A stretch of DNA of 64,000 bases from an uncultured Actinomycetota bacterium. Its GTDB lineage: Bacteria; Actinomycetota; Actinomycetes; S36-B12; UBA10799. The translations under genes were made by a program, and so were the position numbers. Of this stretch, positions 32,360 through 45,693 are shown one piece after another. The notes beneath the pieces are model-generated. The model did no database searches, was not told the origin of the DNA, and worked only from the letters and a program-made list of their open reading frames with translations. The DNA lies in assembly GCA_963704075.1 (NCBI GenBank), contig CAVPGV010000020.1, positions 3,264 to 67,263 on the forward strand. Reading direction: 5' to 3'. How positions within the stretch are numbered: position 1 is the first letter of the stretch; every line of letters starts with the position of its first letter.

Positions 32360-33193
32360 TCACAACCCGATCTGGGTCAGCCGAGCACGCAGATCCAACA
32401 GCGACTTGCTGTGGATCTGACTGACCCGGCTCTCGGTGACGCCGAGGACCGATCCGATCTCGGCCAGGGTGAGCCGCTCGTAGTAGTACAGGGTGAGCAC
32501 GACCTTCTCGCGCTCGGGCAGGCCGGAAATCTGCTCGGCCAGGAGAACCTTCATCTCCTCGGTCTCGTACTCCGCCTCGGGGTCCGGCGCGCGCGGATCC
32601 TCCAAGAGATCCCCGAGGGTCATCTTGTCGCCGCGATCGGAACCGCCGTGGGTCACCTCGTCGAGGGCGACCATGTTGGTGAACGAGACCTGACTCATGA
32701 GCTTCGCCAGTTGTGCGCGCGTCAGTCCCATCCTGTCGGCGATCTCCGCCTCGGTGGGAGCACGCTTGAGCTCGGCTTCCAGCTCGGCGTGTGCGCGTTC
32801 CAGCACCTTTGCCTTGGACCGGACCGAACGCGGCACCCAGTCGAGCGACCGAAGCTCGTCGATGATGGAGCCCCGGATACGGTTGATCGCGTACGTCTCG
32901 AACTTGATCTGGCGGCCGATATCGAACTTGTCGATCGCGTCGATGAGTCCAAACATTCCGTACGAGACGAGATCCGCGGCTTCGACGTTGTTGGGCAGTC
33001 CGGAGCGCACCCGGCCGGCGACGTACTTGACCAAGGGGGCGTAGTGGACGATCAGTCGATCGCGTTTCGACCGGTCACCGGTGTCCTTGTAGTCCTGCCA
33101 CAAGGTGCTGAGGGCAGCGGCGTTCTGCGCCGCCTCCTTCTCCGCGAGGCTGGCCTCATCCAGCAGATCGGACTCAAGCACGGGGATGCGCAT
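32360..33193 (-). CDS. whiG: FliA/WhiG family RNA polymerase sigma factor
   Basis: [18 protein letters not shown]...[18 protein letters not shown]...[25 protein letters not shown]. The upstream 157 codons of the ORF are an out-of-frame shadow of xerC. Confidence 0.88.
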   Translation of the reverse strand: MRIPVLESDLLDEASLAEKEAAQNAAALSTLWQDYKDTGDRSKRDRLIVHYAPLVKYVAGRVRSGLPNNVEAADLVSYGMFGLIDAIDKFDIGRQIKFETYAINRIRGSIIDELRSLDWVPRSVRSKAKVLERAHAELEAELKRAPTEAEIADRMGLTRAQLAKLMSQVSFTNMVALDEVTHGGSDRGDKMTLGDLLEDPRAPDPEAEYETEEMKVLLAEQISGLPEREKVVLTLYYYERLTLAEIGSVLGVTESRVSQIHSKSLLDLRARLTQIGL

Positions 33194-34031
33194 TCTGGTA
33201 GGCCGAGCGCAGCCGCTCGGCGGAGACATGGGTGTAGATCTGGGTACTGGCCAGACTGGCGTGCCCCAACAACTGCTGGACGTAGCGCAGGTCCGCGCCA
33301 CCCTCGAGAACGTGGCTGGCCATACTGTGGCGCAGCCCGTGCGGGGCGAGTTCGGGCAAGTCCGGGAAGGCGGCGGTGGCCGTGTGAACCACACGTCGCA
33401 GGACCCGCACGTCCAGCCGCCTTCCGCGACTGCCGACCAGCAGCGCGCGCTCATCGGGGTTGGCCAGGGTCGTGCGCACCGCCGTCCAGCGCTGGATCGC
33501 CCGACTGGCGGGCACTGTGAGGGGCACGACCCGCTGCTTCGCGCCCTTGCCGAGAACGCGCACGGTCCGCCGTTCGAAGTCGACATCGCCGACGTCGATC
33601 GAACAGACTTCGCTGACCCGCAGACCGCTGCCGTAGAGAAGTTCCAGGGCGGCCACATCACGCACCGCCACCGGGTCGTCGGCGACCCGGCTCAGCGTGT
33701 CGAGAGCTTCGTTGAGCCGACCGCTGTCAGCCACACGTGGCAGGTCAGAGGTCACCCGCGGGCTTCGCAGCCGCAGCGTCGGATCGGAGTCGAGCAGCCC
33801 CTGCCGCACCGCCCAGTGCGCGAAACAACGCAGACTCGCGATGCGCCGGGCCACGGTCGCCGAGCCCACTCCGCGCTCGCGGGCCTGTGCCAGCCACGCA
33901 CGGATCAGTGGGGTAGTCATCGGGCGGTCATCGAGGAACGCCAGCAGATCGTCGACATCACGGCGGTAGGCCGTGGCCGTGTGGGCCGAGAACCCGCGCT
34001 CGGCGGACATGTAATGGCTGAAATCGGTCAT
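33174..34031 (-). CDS. xerC: Tyrosine recombinase XerC (chromosome dimer resolution)
   Basis: [29 protein letters not shown]...LRVSE...[39 protein letters not shown] carries the catalytic R..HxxR..Y pattern. Confidence 0.9.
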   Translation of the reverse strand: MTDFSHYMSAERGFSAHTATAYRRDVDDLLAFLDDRPMTTPLIRAWLAQARERGVGSATVARRIASLRCFAHWAVRQGLLDSDPTLRLRSPRVTSDLPRVADSGRLNEALDTLSRVADDPVAVRDVAALELLYGSGLRVSEVCSIDVGDVDFERRTVRVLGKGAKQRVVPLTVPASRAIQRWTAVRTTLANPDERALLVGSRGRRLDVRVLRRVVHTATAAFPDLPELAPHGLRHSMASHVLEGGADLRYVQQLLGHASLASTQIYTHVSAERLRSAYQNAHPRA

Positions 34032-34135
34032 GGCCGATCGCAGTGCGGCTGCGGAACCGCCCACGTGCTGCTTAGTCGTCACATGACCCGGCACGGTGCC
34101 AGACTGCCCGTCTCGAACGCCGGGAGTCAAACCGG

Positions 34136-34952
34136 CTACGCGGCGGTTCCCAATAACTGCGAAAGGTCCCGGGCTCCGAGCAGAAGAGCGGCCCAGCCGT
34201 CGGCGATCGCGCGATGGATCCCCGACGATGCCTGGCTGTCGATGCGACCGGGCACGCCGAGGACGAGGCGCCCGAGGTCGGCGGCTGTTCGTCCGGTGTT
34301 GAGCGCGCCCGAGCGCTCGGCGGCCTCCACCATGACGGTGACACCCGACAGCGCCGCGATGAGCCGGTTGCGGTCCAGGAATCCGCGCTGAGTCAGACGC
34401 GTCCCCGGAGGGTGTTCCCAGACGACGGCACCTCTGGCGGCAGCGTCGCGGAACAGCGTCTCGTGCGGGCTCGGATACACCCGTCCCGCCCCGCCCGCTG
34501 CGACCAGCACGGTCCTTCCACCGGCCTCCAGGGCACCTCTGTGGGCGTGGCCGTCGATGCCCGACGCACCCCCGGAGACAACCGCCAGACCGTTGCCGCA
34601 CGCCTCGTGGGCGAGCGCGGCAGCGACTTCACGGCCGTAGCCGGTGCACTGCCGGGACCCGACGACCGAGACCATCTCCGACAGGGCCCCTGGCAGCGAA
34701 CCTCTCACCCACAGCAGTAGTGGTTCTGATCCACCCAACGACGCGAGCCCCTCGGGCCAGGATTTCGTCATCCGCGCCGATGACCGTGCCCCCGCTGCGC
34801 AGCCAACCGTCGGCCAGAGCGTGGGCGGCTGGGACAACCGCATCGCGCCCGACGATCGCCGCGGCCATCCGCACCGGGTCGTCGTCGACGAGGTGGCCGG
34901 CTTGGCGACCGGCACCGCTGAGGATCACATGTGCACAGCGATCGATGTCCAT
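34136..34952 (-). pseudogene. dprA: DNA-processing protein DprA, frameshifted near 34765
   Basis: The N-terminal ORF 34629..34952 ends ...GTVIGADDE. The Rossmann-fold part WPEGLASLG...LLLWVRG...VVGSRQCTGYG...VVSGGASGIDGHAHRGAL...ERSGALNT is in ORF 34136..34915. Confidence 0.8.
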
Positions 34953-35009
34953 ACGTCTGAGCCTGTTCGAGGCCAGCCCGCGGATGGACCGCCGGCGCAG
35001 ATCTGTGGA

Positions 35010-35315
35010 TCAGGTCGAGGAGTTTTCCCCAGCGGGCAGTTCCTCGACGTTCACGTCCTTGAAGGTCAGGATCCGCACGGACCGCGCGAACCTTCCCTGC
35101 CGGTACATGTCCCAGACCCAGACGTCGCGCAACTGCACCTCGAAGAAGACCTCTCCCCCGTCGGTGGTCCGCACCTGCACGTCGACATCGTTGGCCAGGT
35201 AGAAGCGGCGCTCGGTCTCGACCACGTGACGGAACATTCCCACCACCTCGCGGTACTGCCGGTAGAGGTCGAGTTCGACCTCGCTCTCGTAGCGCTGCAG
35301 GTCGTCGACGCTCAT
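35010..35315 (-). CDS. DUF2469 domain-containing protein
   Basis: MSVDDLQRYESEVELDLYRQYREVVGMFRHVVETERRFYLAN (101 aa). The ATG overlaps the rnhB stop (ATGA). Confidence 0.85.
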   Translation of the reverse strand: MSVDDLQRYESEVELDLYRQYREVVGMFRHVVETERRFYLANDVDVQVRTTDGGEVFFEVQLRDVWVWDMYRQGRFARSVRILTFKDVNVEELPAGENSST

Positions 35316-35965
35316 GCGGCTCCCTCTCGAATGGCTCGGCGAACGGTGATGAAACGGTGTCGGTGGATCGCGCACGGCCCGTGCGCGGCGAGCGCGGACC
35401 GGTGCGCCGCGGTCGTGTAGCCCTTGTGCACGTCGAAACCGTAGACCGGGTATTCCTCGTGCAGCGCGGTCATGTGCCGATCTCTCGCGCACTTGGCCAG
35501 TACGCTGGCCGCCGAGATCGACGCGGATACCTGATCGCCCTTCCACACCCCGAGTTCCGGGCGACCCAGCCCGCCGGGTACGAAGCCGTCGCACAGGGCG
35601 TAGTCGGGGGTGCGGTCCAAGCGTTGCCAGGCGCGACGGAACGCCAACAGGTTGGCGCGGTGCAGGCCGACCTCGTCGAGTTCCCCAACGTCCACCGCGA
35701 CCACGGCCCACGCCACTGCCGACCGCTTGATCCGCACCTCGACCCGTTCCCGAACGGCAGCGGTCAGCAGTTTGGAGTCGGCGAGTTCAGCGATCCGGGT
35801 GTTCGGCCCGAGGACCACAGCAGCCGCGTACAAGGGCCCGGCGCACGCACCGCGACCGGCTTCGTCAAGGCCGGCCACCAACGGGAAACCGGCACGCCGC
35901 ACCGCGTTGTCGAACGCGTACGGACCGGCTCCCTTGCGCGGAACCGGGAAATTGGGACCCACCAC
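35312..35965 (-). CDS. rnhB: Ribonuclease HII
   Basis: VAGLDEAGRGACAGPL...ADSKLL...DGF...SASISAASVLAK. Confidence 0.92.
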   Translation of the reverse strand: MVGPNFPVPRKGAGPYAFDNAVRRAGFPLVAGLDEAGRGACAGPLYAAAVVLGPNTRIAELADSKLLTAAVRERVEVRIKRSAVAWAVVAVDVGELDEVGLHRANLLAFRRAWQRLDRTPDYALCDGFVPGGLGRPELGVWKGDQVSASISAASVLAKCARDRHMTALHEEYPVYGFDVHKGYTTAAHRSALAAHGPCAIHRHRFITVRRAIREGAA

Positions 35966-36024
35966 AGCCCAACCCTATGCGCAGGTCCGCCATATCAGTG
36001 GGCGACCGCGGCGTGTCCGATCGA

Positions 36025-36726
36025 CTACTTCTGCTGGTCGTCGAGCCGTGGGTCGTCGAACGGGATAGCGGGCACCGGATGAGTGCTGAAGGCCGAGAAC
36101 GGCCACACCGTCAGGACCACTCGTCCCACAACGTTTTCCAGTGGGACGGTGCCCTGATCGTCGTTGAGGTGGTACCGGGAATCCGCAGAGGCGTTGCGGT
36201 TGTCGCCCATGACGAAGATGCTGCCTTCCGGGACCGTCACGTCGAAGCGCACGTCGTCGCTGGTGCCACCGGGCTTGACGTACGGTTCGGTCAAAGGCAC
36301 CCCGTTGAGCACGATCCGGCCGTCGGTGCTGCAGCAGCGAACATTGTCACCCCCGACGCCGATGACGCGCTTCACCAGGTCGTCACCGGTGTTGCTGGGC
36401 AGAAGGCCGATCCACTCGAACAGACCCGGCAGGCCGCCCGGTGAGCGCTTCTGGGCGTCATCGAGCCAATTGCCGGGATCCCGGAACACCACGATCTGAC
36501 CGCGGTCCACCCCGCCGAAGCGGGTCGACAGTTTCGAGGCCAGGATCCGGTCGTTGGGCATCAACGTGTTCTCCATCGACTGGCTCGGCACGTAGAAGGC
36601 CTGCACGACGAACGTGCGCACCAGGAAGGACAAACCGAGCGCCACCACCAGGATGATGACGATCTCCTTGACGAACCGCCATAACGCGGCACCAGCGCCG
36701 CTGCTGGCGGTGGGGGTTTCGGTCAC
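36025..36726 (-). CDS. lepB: Signal peptidase I
   Basis: An N-terminal TM segment is followed by [10 protein letters not shown] (catalytic Ser box), [10 protein letters not shown] and [11 protein letters not shown]. Confidence 0.92.
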   Translation of the reverse strand: MTETPTASSGAGAALWRFVKEIVIILVVALGLSFLVRTFVVQAFYVPSQSMENTLMPNDRILASKLSTRFGGVDRGQIVVFRDPGNWLDDAQKRSPGGLPGLFEWIGLLPSNTGDDLVKRVIGVGGDNVRCCSTDGRIVLNGVPLTEPYVKPGGTSDDVRFDVTVPEGSIFVMGDNRNASADSRYHLNDDQGTVPLENVVGRVVLTVWPFSAFSTHPVPAIPFDDPRLDDQQK

Positions 36727-37079
36727 GCGGAGGTGTTGTCGCGCTTCTCGCGGATCTTCGCGGCCTTTCCGCGCAGCTCACGAAGGTAGTAGAGCTTGGC
36801 GCGACGGACGTCACCACGGCTGACCAGTTCGATGTGATCGATGATCGGGCTGTGCACGGGGAATGTGCGCTCGACGCCCACCCCGAAGCTGACCTTGCGA
36901 ACAGTGAACGACTCGCGCACGCCACCGCCCTGCCGACGGATCACCACACCCTGGAATACCTGGACGCGCTTGCGTTCGCCTTCGACCACGTTGACGTGGA
37001 CCTTGACGGTGTCGCCGGGTCGGAACGCTGGGATGTCGTCGCGCAGGCTCGCCGCGTCGACTGAGTCAAGGGTGTGCAT
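36723..37079 (-). CDS. rplS: 50S ribosomal protein L19
   Basis: [47 protein letters not shown] (118 aa). The ORF-track extension to 37283 is not credited. Confidence 0.95.
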   Translation of the reverse strand: MHTLDSVDAASLRDDIPAFRPGDTVKVHVNVVEGERKRVQVFQGVVIRRQGGGVRESFTVRKVSFGVGVERTFPVHSPIIDHIELVSRGDVRRAKLYYLRELRGKAAKIREKRDNTSA

Positions 37080-37234
37080 GATGTGCTCCTTGCATTCGCC
37101 ACAGGTCGAACGCACAGTGGTGGGTGGTTGCGTCACTTCATCGCTGGCTCCGGCGCGTAGCCCCCTGTGGCGGGTGGCACGCGGAACCCCTTCAGTCTGA
37201 CACACGCCCGTCCGCGACGGTACATGCAGGCGGT

Positions 37235-37907
37235 CTATCGCCCGCGGTCCGCGGTCCGTTCCCGGGCACGCTCTTCGCGCCATTGCCGGATGCGTTCATG
37301 GTCGCCGGACAGCAGAACTGCAGGAACCTGCAGTCCGCGCCACTGCGGCGGCCGTGTGTACACAGGGCCCTCCAGCAGGTCGTCGGGGCGGCTGAACGAG
37401 TCATCGACCGCACTGAGCGGATTGCCCAGCACCCCCGGCAGCAGTCGCCCGATCGCTTCGCACATCACCAGCGTCGCCGCTTCCCCGCCGGCGAGGACGT
37501 AGTCGCCGATGCTGATCTCGAGGACCTCCACCCGGCCACGGAAATGCTCGACGACGCGAGCGTCGATGCCTTCATAGCGCCCGCACGCGAACACCAGGTG
37601 CGAACGCAGCGCCAGCTCCTCGGCGAGGCCCTGGGTGAACGTCTGGCCGGATGGGAGTCGGCACGATCAGGGTCGACGCGTCGGTGAGCAGGGTGTCCAG
37701 CGCCTCACCCCAGGGCTGCGGACTCATGACCATGCCCGGGCCACCGCCGTAGGGCGCATCATCGACGGTGCGGTGTCGGTCGTGGGTGAAATCACGAAGG
37801 TCGTGCACGGACAGCACCACCTGTCCGCGTTCGACCGCCTTGCCGATCAAGGACAGCTTCAGCGGCTGCAAGTACTCCGGGAAGATCGACACGATGTCAA
37901 TCCTCAT
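37235..37907 (-). pseudogene. trmD: tRNA (guanine37-N1)-methyltransferase TrmD, frameshifted near 37650
   Basis: [13 protein letters not shown]...[13 protein letters not shown]...LIVPTP is in ORF 37572..37907. SGQTFTQ...[15 protein letters not shown]...SIGDYVLAGGE is in ORF 37235..37594. Confidence 0.88.
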
Positions 37908-38388
37908 CGTCGATCAGCCCTTCAACCGGCTCGATCTCCACGATGCCCCGTTCCGGATCCACCAGTGGCACGATCTGTTCCACAAAAGGCACCAACACCT
38001 GCCGTCCGGAATCGAGATCCACCGCGAGCACGTCCTGTGCGGGTAGATGGAGGACTTCGGCGACGGTTCCGATCCGGGAACTGTCCGCGCGAACCTCCAG
38101 ACCCACCAGCTGGTGGTCGTAGAACTCGTCCGGTTCGGCAGGGCTCTCGGAGGGGTCGATATCGACGTGCAGCCACGCCCCGCGCAGGGACTGCGCCTGG
38201 TCGCGGTCGGTGTACCCCTCGAGGCGCAGCGTGACCCGCGGTCCATTGATACGGGACTCCGCGACGACATTGGTGCTCTGTCCGACCTGCAGATGCGTTC
38301 CCGGCGCGAAACGCCACTCCGGTTCGTCGGTCGACGGCACGACCGTCACCCAGCCCTTGACACCATGCGGTTTGCCGATGCGGCCCAC
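37897..38388 (-). CDS. rimM: 16S rRNA processing protein RimM
   Basis: GTG start, then [16 protein letters not shown]...[11 protein letters not shown] (163 aa). Confidence 0.9.
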   Translation of the reverse strand: MGRIGKPHGVKGWVTVVPSTDEPEWRFAPGTHLQVGQSTNVVAESRINGPRVTLRLEGYTDRDQAQSLRGAWLHVDIDPSESPAEPDEFYDHQLVGLEVRADSSRIGTVAEVLHLPAQDVLAVDLDSGRQVLVPFVEQIVPLVDPERGIVEIEPVEGLIDDED

Positions 38389-38405
38389 CGCAACGCGTTG
38401 CCCGG

Positions 38406-38657
38406 TCAGCGCCCGTTCACATCCACGAAGTCGATGCGCACCCCGCCGCTACCAGAGATCGCCCCGATCACGGTTCGCAGGGATTTCGCGGTGCGCCCAC
38501 CACGGCCGATGACCCGACCGAGGTCGTCGGGGTTCACCATGACCTTGAGCAGGGTTCCACGGCCCCGGCCGGACCGCTCACTGACGGAGACGTCCTCGGG
38601 GTTGTCGACGATGCCCGCGACCAGATGCTCGAGGGCGTCGGCCAGTGGCCTAGCCAT
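38406..38657 (-). CDS. KH domain RNA-binding protein (YlqC-like)
   Basis: 83-aa ORF with [15 protein letters not shown], between rpsP and rimM. Confidence 0.88.
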   Translation of the reverse strand: MARPLADALEHLVAGIVDNPEDVSVSERSGRGRGTLLKVMVNPDDLGRVIGRGGRTAKSLRTVIGAISGSGGVRIDFVDVNGR

Positions 38658-39213
38658 CGGCCTGGGCGGGATCGGTGGATTCGGCCGGCGCCGTTGCTTC
38701 GGCAGCCGAGGCCTCAGCCGGTGCTTCGGCGCTGGCCTCAGCCGCGGGGGTCTCAGCCGCGGGGGCCTCGGCGGGTGCGGGCTCTGCGGCGGCTTCCTCG
38801 GCAGGCTGCGCCTTCGCCTTCGCAGGCTTCGACTTGACCTTCGGCGTGGCCGCCTCGGCCTCCTTCAGCCCAGCTGCCTCCGCGGCGGCGGCGGCGAACG
38901 CGCTCTTGCGGTCGGTCTTCTCCTCCGGGGCCTTCAGCGTGCCTTCGGCACCGGGCAGGCCCTTGAACTTCTGCCAGTCACCGGTCACCTTCAGCAGCGC
39001 CATCACCGCGTCGGTCGGCTGGGCGCCCACCCCGAGCCAGTACTGCACCCGCTCGGAGTCGATCTGGATCAGCGACGGCTGCTCCTTGGGGTGGTAGAGC
39101 CCGATTTCCTCGATGGCCCGGCCATCTCGCTTGTTGCGGGCGTCGGCCACAACGACTCGGTACTGCGGGTTGCGGATCTTGCCGAGCCGCTTCAACTTGA
39201 TCTTGGCTGCCAC
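38650..39213 (-). CDS. rpsP: 30S ribosomal protein S16 with an Ala/Glu/Pro-rich C-terminal extension
   Basis: GTG at 39213, then [42 protein letters not shown]. The tail reads ...[30 protein letters not shown]. Confidence 0.92.
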   Translation of the reverse strand: MAAKIKLKRLGKIRNPQYRVVVADARNKRDGRAIEEIGLYHPKEQPSLIQIDSERVQYWLGVGAQPTDAVMALLKVTGDWQKFKGLPGAEGTLKAPEEKTDRKSAFAAAAAEAAGLKEAEAATPKVKSKPAKAKAQPAEEAAAEPAPAEAPAAETPAAEASAEAPAEASAAEATAPAESTDPAQADG

Positions 39214-39391
39214 TGCGGATGTCTCTCCTGTTGTCGTGTGGCGGCCCCGGCTGGCATGTGGGGACATACCCGGCGGGCACCGCTAAGTCGATGGTTCCCG
39301 GTGAGAGGGCGGGAACACTCCCCCTAGTGTGCCAGATACCCCGGACCCGGCCGACCCCGCGCCCGCCGGGGCCGCAGAGCCTCGCCGGGGG

Positions 39392-40917
39392 TCACTGACC
39401 GCCGAGCAGCTTGCTGAACTCGTCGGGCAGCTGATCGGCGGTGAACGGCTTCGTCGGCGCGTCGGGCGTCTCCGGCGGGGCCGTGGCCTGCTGGGCGCGC
39501 TTGGCCGGATTGCCGCTACGACCCTTCTTCGACTTGGGCGCGGGCTTGGACTTGCCCTTACCCTTCTTGGAGCCAGCTCCCATCCCGGGCATCCCCGGCA
39601 TGCCGGGCATCCCGCCGCCACCGCGCATCTGCTTCATCATCTTCTGCGCCTCGGTGAAACGCTCGACCAGCGAGTTCACATCTGAGACCTGCACCCCGGC
39701 ACCCTTGGCGATACGGGCACGACGGGAACCGTTGAGGATCTTGGTGTCGCGGCGCTCGGCCGGAGTCATCGAATGGATGATGGCCGCGACCCGGTCGATG
39801 TCCCGGTCGTCGATCTGTTCGAGCTGCTTGCGGGCGTCGGCCATGCCGGGCAGCATCCCCAGGAGCTTGCCGATGGATCCCATCTTCTTGACCGCTTGCA
39901 TCTGCTCGAGGAACTCCTCGAGCGTGAAGGCGTCGCCACGCGCGACCTTGTCCGCCATGCGCTGTGCCTGGTCGGCATCGAAGGCACGTTCGGCCTGCTC
40001 GATGAGCGTCAGGACGTCACCCATGTCGAGGATGCGGGACGCCATCCGGTCGGGGTGGAAGACTTCGAGGTCCTCGACCTTCTCCCCGACGGAGGCGAAC
40101 ATGATCGGAGCGCCGGTGGCCTCACGCACGGACAGTGCCGCACCGCCGCGGGCGTCTCCGTCCAGTTTGGTGAGGATCACGCCGTCGACCCCGACGCCGC
40201 TCTGGAAGGCCGCCGCCGTGGTCACCGCATCCTGACCGATCATCGCGTCGATCACGAGCAGCAGTTCGTCGGGCGAACCGCGTCCCGAATGGCCGCCGCC
40301 TGTCCCATCAGTTCTTCGTCGATGGCCAACCGACCCGCAGTGTCGATGATGACCAGGTCGTGCAGGGACTGCTCGGCGTACCCAAGGGAATCCCGGGCCA
40401 CGACCACGGGATCGCCGACGCCGTTTCCCGGCTGCGGCGCGTAACACGCGACCCCGGCGCGCTCCGCGACGATCTGCAACTGGTTCACCGCGTTGGGCCG
40501 CTGAAGGTCGGCGGCGACCAGGACCGGCTGGTGTCCCTTGTCCGCGAGGTGCTTGGCGAGTTTGCCCGCCAGCGTCGTCTTACCCGCACCCTGCAGGCCG
40601 AGCAGCATGATGACCGTGGGTGGTTTCTTGGCCAGCCGCAGGTTGCGGGTCTCACCGCCGAGGATCTCGATCAGTTCCTCGTGAACGATCTTGACGACCT
40701 GTTGTGCCGGGTTGAGGCTGGTCGAAACCTCCGCGCCCGTGGCACGCTCACGCACCCTGGAGGTGAACGTGCGCACCACCGGCAGCGACACGTCGGCCTC
40801 GAGCAGCGCTTTGCGGATCTCCCGGATCGTCTCGTCGATGTCCGCCTCGGACAGCCGACCCTTTCCGCGCAGACCCTTGAAGGTCGCGGCCAAGCGGTCG
40901 GACAGGGAATTGAACAT
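39392..40917 (-). pseudogene. ffh: Signal recognition particle protein Ffh, frameshifted near 40270
   Basis: N and G domains up to ...LLGLQGAGKTT...DTAGRL...AAIRDAVRP are in ORF 40252..40917. DELLLVIDAMIGQDAV...LTKLDGDARGGAALS plus the Met-rich M domain are in ORF 39392..40447. This looks like a one-base deletion at CGCCCG-ACGAA. Confidence 0.9.
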
Positions 40918-41233
40918 GCATCACTCCTGGGGTCGGATTCCAGCGTAACCGCCCGCCGGCCGTCGGACGCCGAGCGTGTGCGATGAGCGCCCTTTGCCAG
41001 CGCGTTCAGGAAAGGCGATCTGACAATCAGGGCCGGCCGACTCCGACAGGCGATGACTCAGACTGACAGATACGAGGTTACGCACAGACGTTGGACTTAC
41101 GTACGGCCCTGTCTTCAAGCCCTGGCCGCGTCAACTCCTACGCCTGTGCCAGACGCCCCGAACGACGTGCTCGCAAGTCCGCTCAGTTCACCCGGTCACC
41201 TCTGCAACCCGGGAGCGGGGCGAGCATCCGCAT

Positions 41234-43559
41234 TCAGCTGGTCAACGCCGAACGGACTGCCTGCAGCGCCGCCTGTGCCCGACGCTCTGACAAAGCGTCG
41301 CCGGCCTCGTCGGTCAGGAAGAACACGTCCACCACCTCGGATCCGAGCGTCGAGACCTTGGCGCCGTCCACGTTGAATCCCGCGTGCGCAAGCGCTGAGG
41401 TCACCCAGTACAGAAGCCCAGCCCGGTCGTGGGCACGAACCTCCAGAACGGTGATCCGGCTGGATGCGTCGGCGATGAGAGCCGCTGTCGGGTCCGGGCG
41501 GGGATCATCCGCGTTCGCATAGGCACGTTCGCGCTCGGTCAGCCGCCGCGCGAGATCAAGTTCCCCCGCGATGGATCGGCGCAGGTCCGCTGCCAGCCGA
41601 TCGGAGGGCGGCGGTTCCCCGAACTTCGTCTGCACCGTCCACCGGACGACAGCCCGTCCGGCTCGCGAGCGACTGGTGGCCTCACGAACGCTCAGCCGGT
41701 TGATCGCCATGACTCCGGCGCAACGGCTGAGCAGCCCGATCGTGTCCGTCGCGGAGACCAGGATGGACAGTTCACCCTCGTCACGGGGTTCGATGCGCAC
41801 CTCGACCCCTTCAGCCGACCCACAAGTCCTCGGCAACGTCGTCCAGCAGAGGTTCGATGACGACCTCGTCACCGGCCAGCACGCGCGTGGGTCCGGCGCA
41901 CCAACAGGTCGACCAGATTGGCCTTCCACGGACTCCAGGCCGCGGGGCCGGTGGCTGCCGCGTCGGCGACGGTGAGCCAGTGCAGCAGATCCAGTACCTC
42001 GGCGGTCTCCACCGCCTTCCCGACCGCTTCGATCACGACCGGATCGTCGGTGTCGCGCCGGGTTGCCACATCCGGCAGCAACAGATGGTGACGCACCATC
42101 TGGACGAGGATGTGCGAGTCGGCGGCGTCGAATCCCAGATGCGGCGCGAGATCGGCGACCAGACCCACACCGACCTGTGTGTGATCCCCTGGATCGACCT
42201 TTGCCGATGTCGTGCAACAGGGCACCCACCAGCAGCAGATCGGGACGCGAGACTTTGCGCGTGTATCTCGAGGCGGCCACCGCCGTCTCCACGAGGTGTC
42301 GGTCGACGGTGTACCTGTGCACGGGGTTGCGTTGCGGGGCCGAGCGGACCACGTCCCAGCCCGGGATCAGCCGTGAGATCAGATTCGCCTGGTCCAAGGA
42401 CTCCCAGGCGGGAACCGCAGCTCGACCGGCGCCCAGCAGACTCACCAGATTCTCCCGCGCCTGCCGCGGCCAGGGGACCGGCAAGGGTGCCGACTCCTGC
42501 GCCAGGCGGTCGACGGTGTGTGGCGAGATCCGTAGTCCCGCCTGCGCCGCAGCCGCAGCGGTCCGAAGCACCAGCACGGGGTCCCGGTCCGGCCGCGCAT
42601 CGGCGGCCAAGACCACTTCGGAGTCCTGCACGACGACGCCTTCGGCCAGGGGTGAACGATCCGAGGCACGACCGATCCTGCGCAAGCGCGGTAGCGACTT
42701 GCGTTTGACCTGTCGCCGGACCCGACCCCAGGCCACCGAGCTGACGAAAGAAATGGTGCGACCCGCTGCACAGACGGCCCGCAACAACTCGTCCTCGTCG
42801 GTGTACCCGAGCATCGCTGCGACCTGCGGTTGTTCCTGCTGGGTGAGACGATCGGTCGTGCGCCCGGTGCTCAAGTGCAGAGCGTCGCGGGCGTCCAGCA
42901 GCGTGAGGCGTGCGATGCTCAACGAGTTCTGCGGTGGACTGATGATCCAGCTGGCGGCCAAGGCGCGCATCACGGTCAGATCGCGCAGACCACCGTAGGA
43001 CTCCTTCAAGTCCGGCTCCAGGAGATAGGCGAGCTCACCGTGGATCTCGGCGCGCTCCTCGACCCCGGCACGCAGTTCCTCCAAGCGCTGCTTGGCCATC
43101 GCACGCCAGTCCCCCAGCACGGTCGACCGGGTCTCCACGGTGAGGCGGTCGTCGCCGACGACGGTGCGGGCATCGAGCAGGCCGAGCACAACCTTGAGGT
43201 CCTGACCCGCCAGGCGACGCGCCTGAGCGGGGGTCCGCACGCTGTGGTCCAGACGCACCCCGCTGTCCCAGATCGGGTACCAGATCTTCTCGGCGACGGC
43301 GGCCACGTCCTCGACCCGACACCGCCGACGGGTGCAGAAGCAGGACGTCGATGTCACTGGCCGGGGCCAATTCCCCGCGGCCGTAGCCACCCACGGCGAC
43401 CAGTGAACACCCCAGTTCGGTTGCACCGGAGGACTGGAACAGGTCGGTCAGCCAGTCGTCGGTGAGGCCGGTCAGCGCGTGACGGCGGGAAGGCCCGAAA
43501 CCTGGACGGGCGATAAGGTCCGCACGGGCGGACAGGAAATCGTTGGCGATCAGACTCAC
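41234..43559 (-). pseudogene. glnD: [Protein-PII] uridylyltransferase GlnD, at least four frameshifts (near 43325, 42200, 41882, 41815)
   Basis: The nucleotidyltransferase part GGYGRGELAPASDIDVLLLH is in ORF 43035..43559. EKIWYPIWDSGVRLDHSVRT...ALLHDIGKG is in ORF 41234..43426. The HD-domain continuation GDHTQVG...VRHHLLLPD is in ORF 41869..42225. VLAGDEVVIEPLLDDVAEDLWVG is in a third frame. The ACT domains are back in the 41234 frame. Confidence 0.85.
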
Positions 43560-43629
43560 CGTTGTCTCCCCTGGATCGGAAAAGCGACGTGGCGGCGACT
43601 GTCCCCCACAGTCGCCGCCACGTCATCGG

Positions 43630-45291
<1,662 letters not shown>

Positions 45292-45380
45292 CGTCGCGCA
45301 TCTCCTCTTCTCCCCATCGGGTGTCTCCCTCGGGATGACTGAAGCCTTACCCGCGCGTGTTACACGACTTGCGGCCTGAG

Positions 45381-45396
45381 GTTTCGCGCATGTGAC
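45381..45396 (-). promoter_or_regulatory. Candidate GlnR box (GTCAC-n6-GAAAC on the amtB strand), 90-105 nt upstream of the amtB ATG
   Basis: Plus strand GTTTCGCGCATGTGAC is GTCACATGCGCGAAAC on the gene strand. It matches the actinobacterial GlnR a-site/b-site consensus gTnAc-n6-GaAAc. More GAAAC/GTTAAC/GTAAC half-sites lie within 40 nt on either side. Confidence 0.35.
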
Positions 45397-45570
45397 GGAT
45401 CCGGGGGTTCGCGTTAACACTGTGTTTCGTAGCCATTCGGCTGACAGGCCTGACTGGGCCGTGCTGGATCTGGCTCTTGATGGCGTTGCGACAAAGGCGC
45501 CCCCGACGGTCGATCCGGGTCGCGGCGAATCCTGCGTTTTGGACAGCTCGAATCCAACCTTTGGCTGGTC

Positions 45571-45667
45571 GAGGGCGGTGCTCCTTCAGACGAGGGCGGT
45601 GCTCCTTCAGACGAGGGCGGTGCTCCTTCAGACGAGGGCGGTGCTCCTTCAGACGAGGGCGGTGCTG
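45571..45667. repeat. Perfect 21-bp tandem repeat GAGGGCGGTGCTCCTTCAGAC, 4 full copies plus a 13-nt partial copy
   Basis: Copies at 45571, 45592, 45613 and 45634, with the partial from 45655. All full copies are identical. Intergenic, between the ftsY stop and the amtB start. Confidence 0.95.
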
Positions 45668-45693
45668 TTGGGCACTCCGGCGCTCAAGAATGG

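Noticed and set aside
32360-33661. 433-aa version of the sigma factor ORF, and 475-aa version of xerC (33174..34601)
   Set aside because: The upstream parts are out-of-frame read-through of the neighbouring genes (Cys/Arg/Pro-rich, with no sigma region 1 or XerC-like sequence). Both were trimmed to the starts that align with the family N-termini.
33174-34031. The tyrosine recombinase as the integrase of a mobile element
   Set aside because: The sequence and its context (dprA - xerC - whiG - M23 - rpsB) match the chromosomal dimer-resolution recombinase XerC. There is no flanking att-like repeat, tRNA or phage/ICE genes.
40918-41233. Lower-GC 316-bp ffh-glnD spacer as a possible ncRNA
   Set aside because: I could find no convincing conserved structure, repeat or known motif by eye, and I have nothing to support a call. 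It could simply hold the ffh promoter and the glnD terminator.
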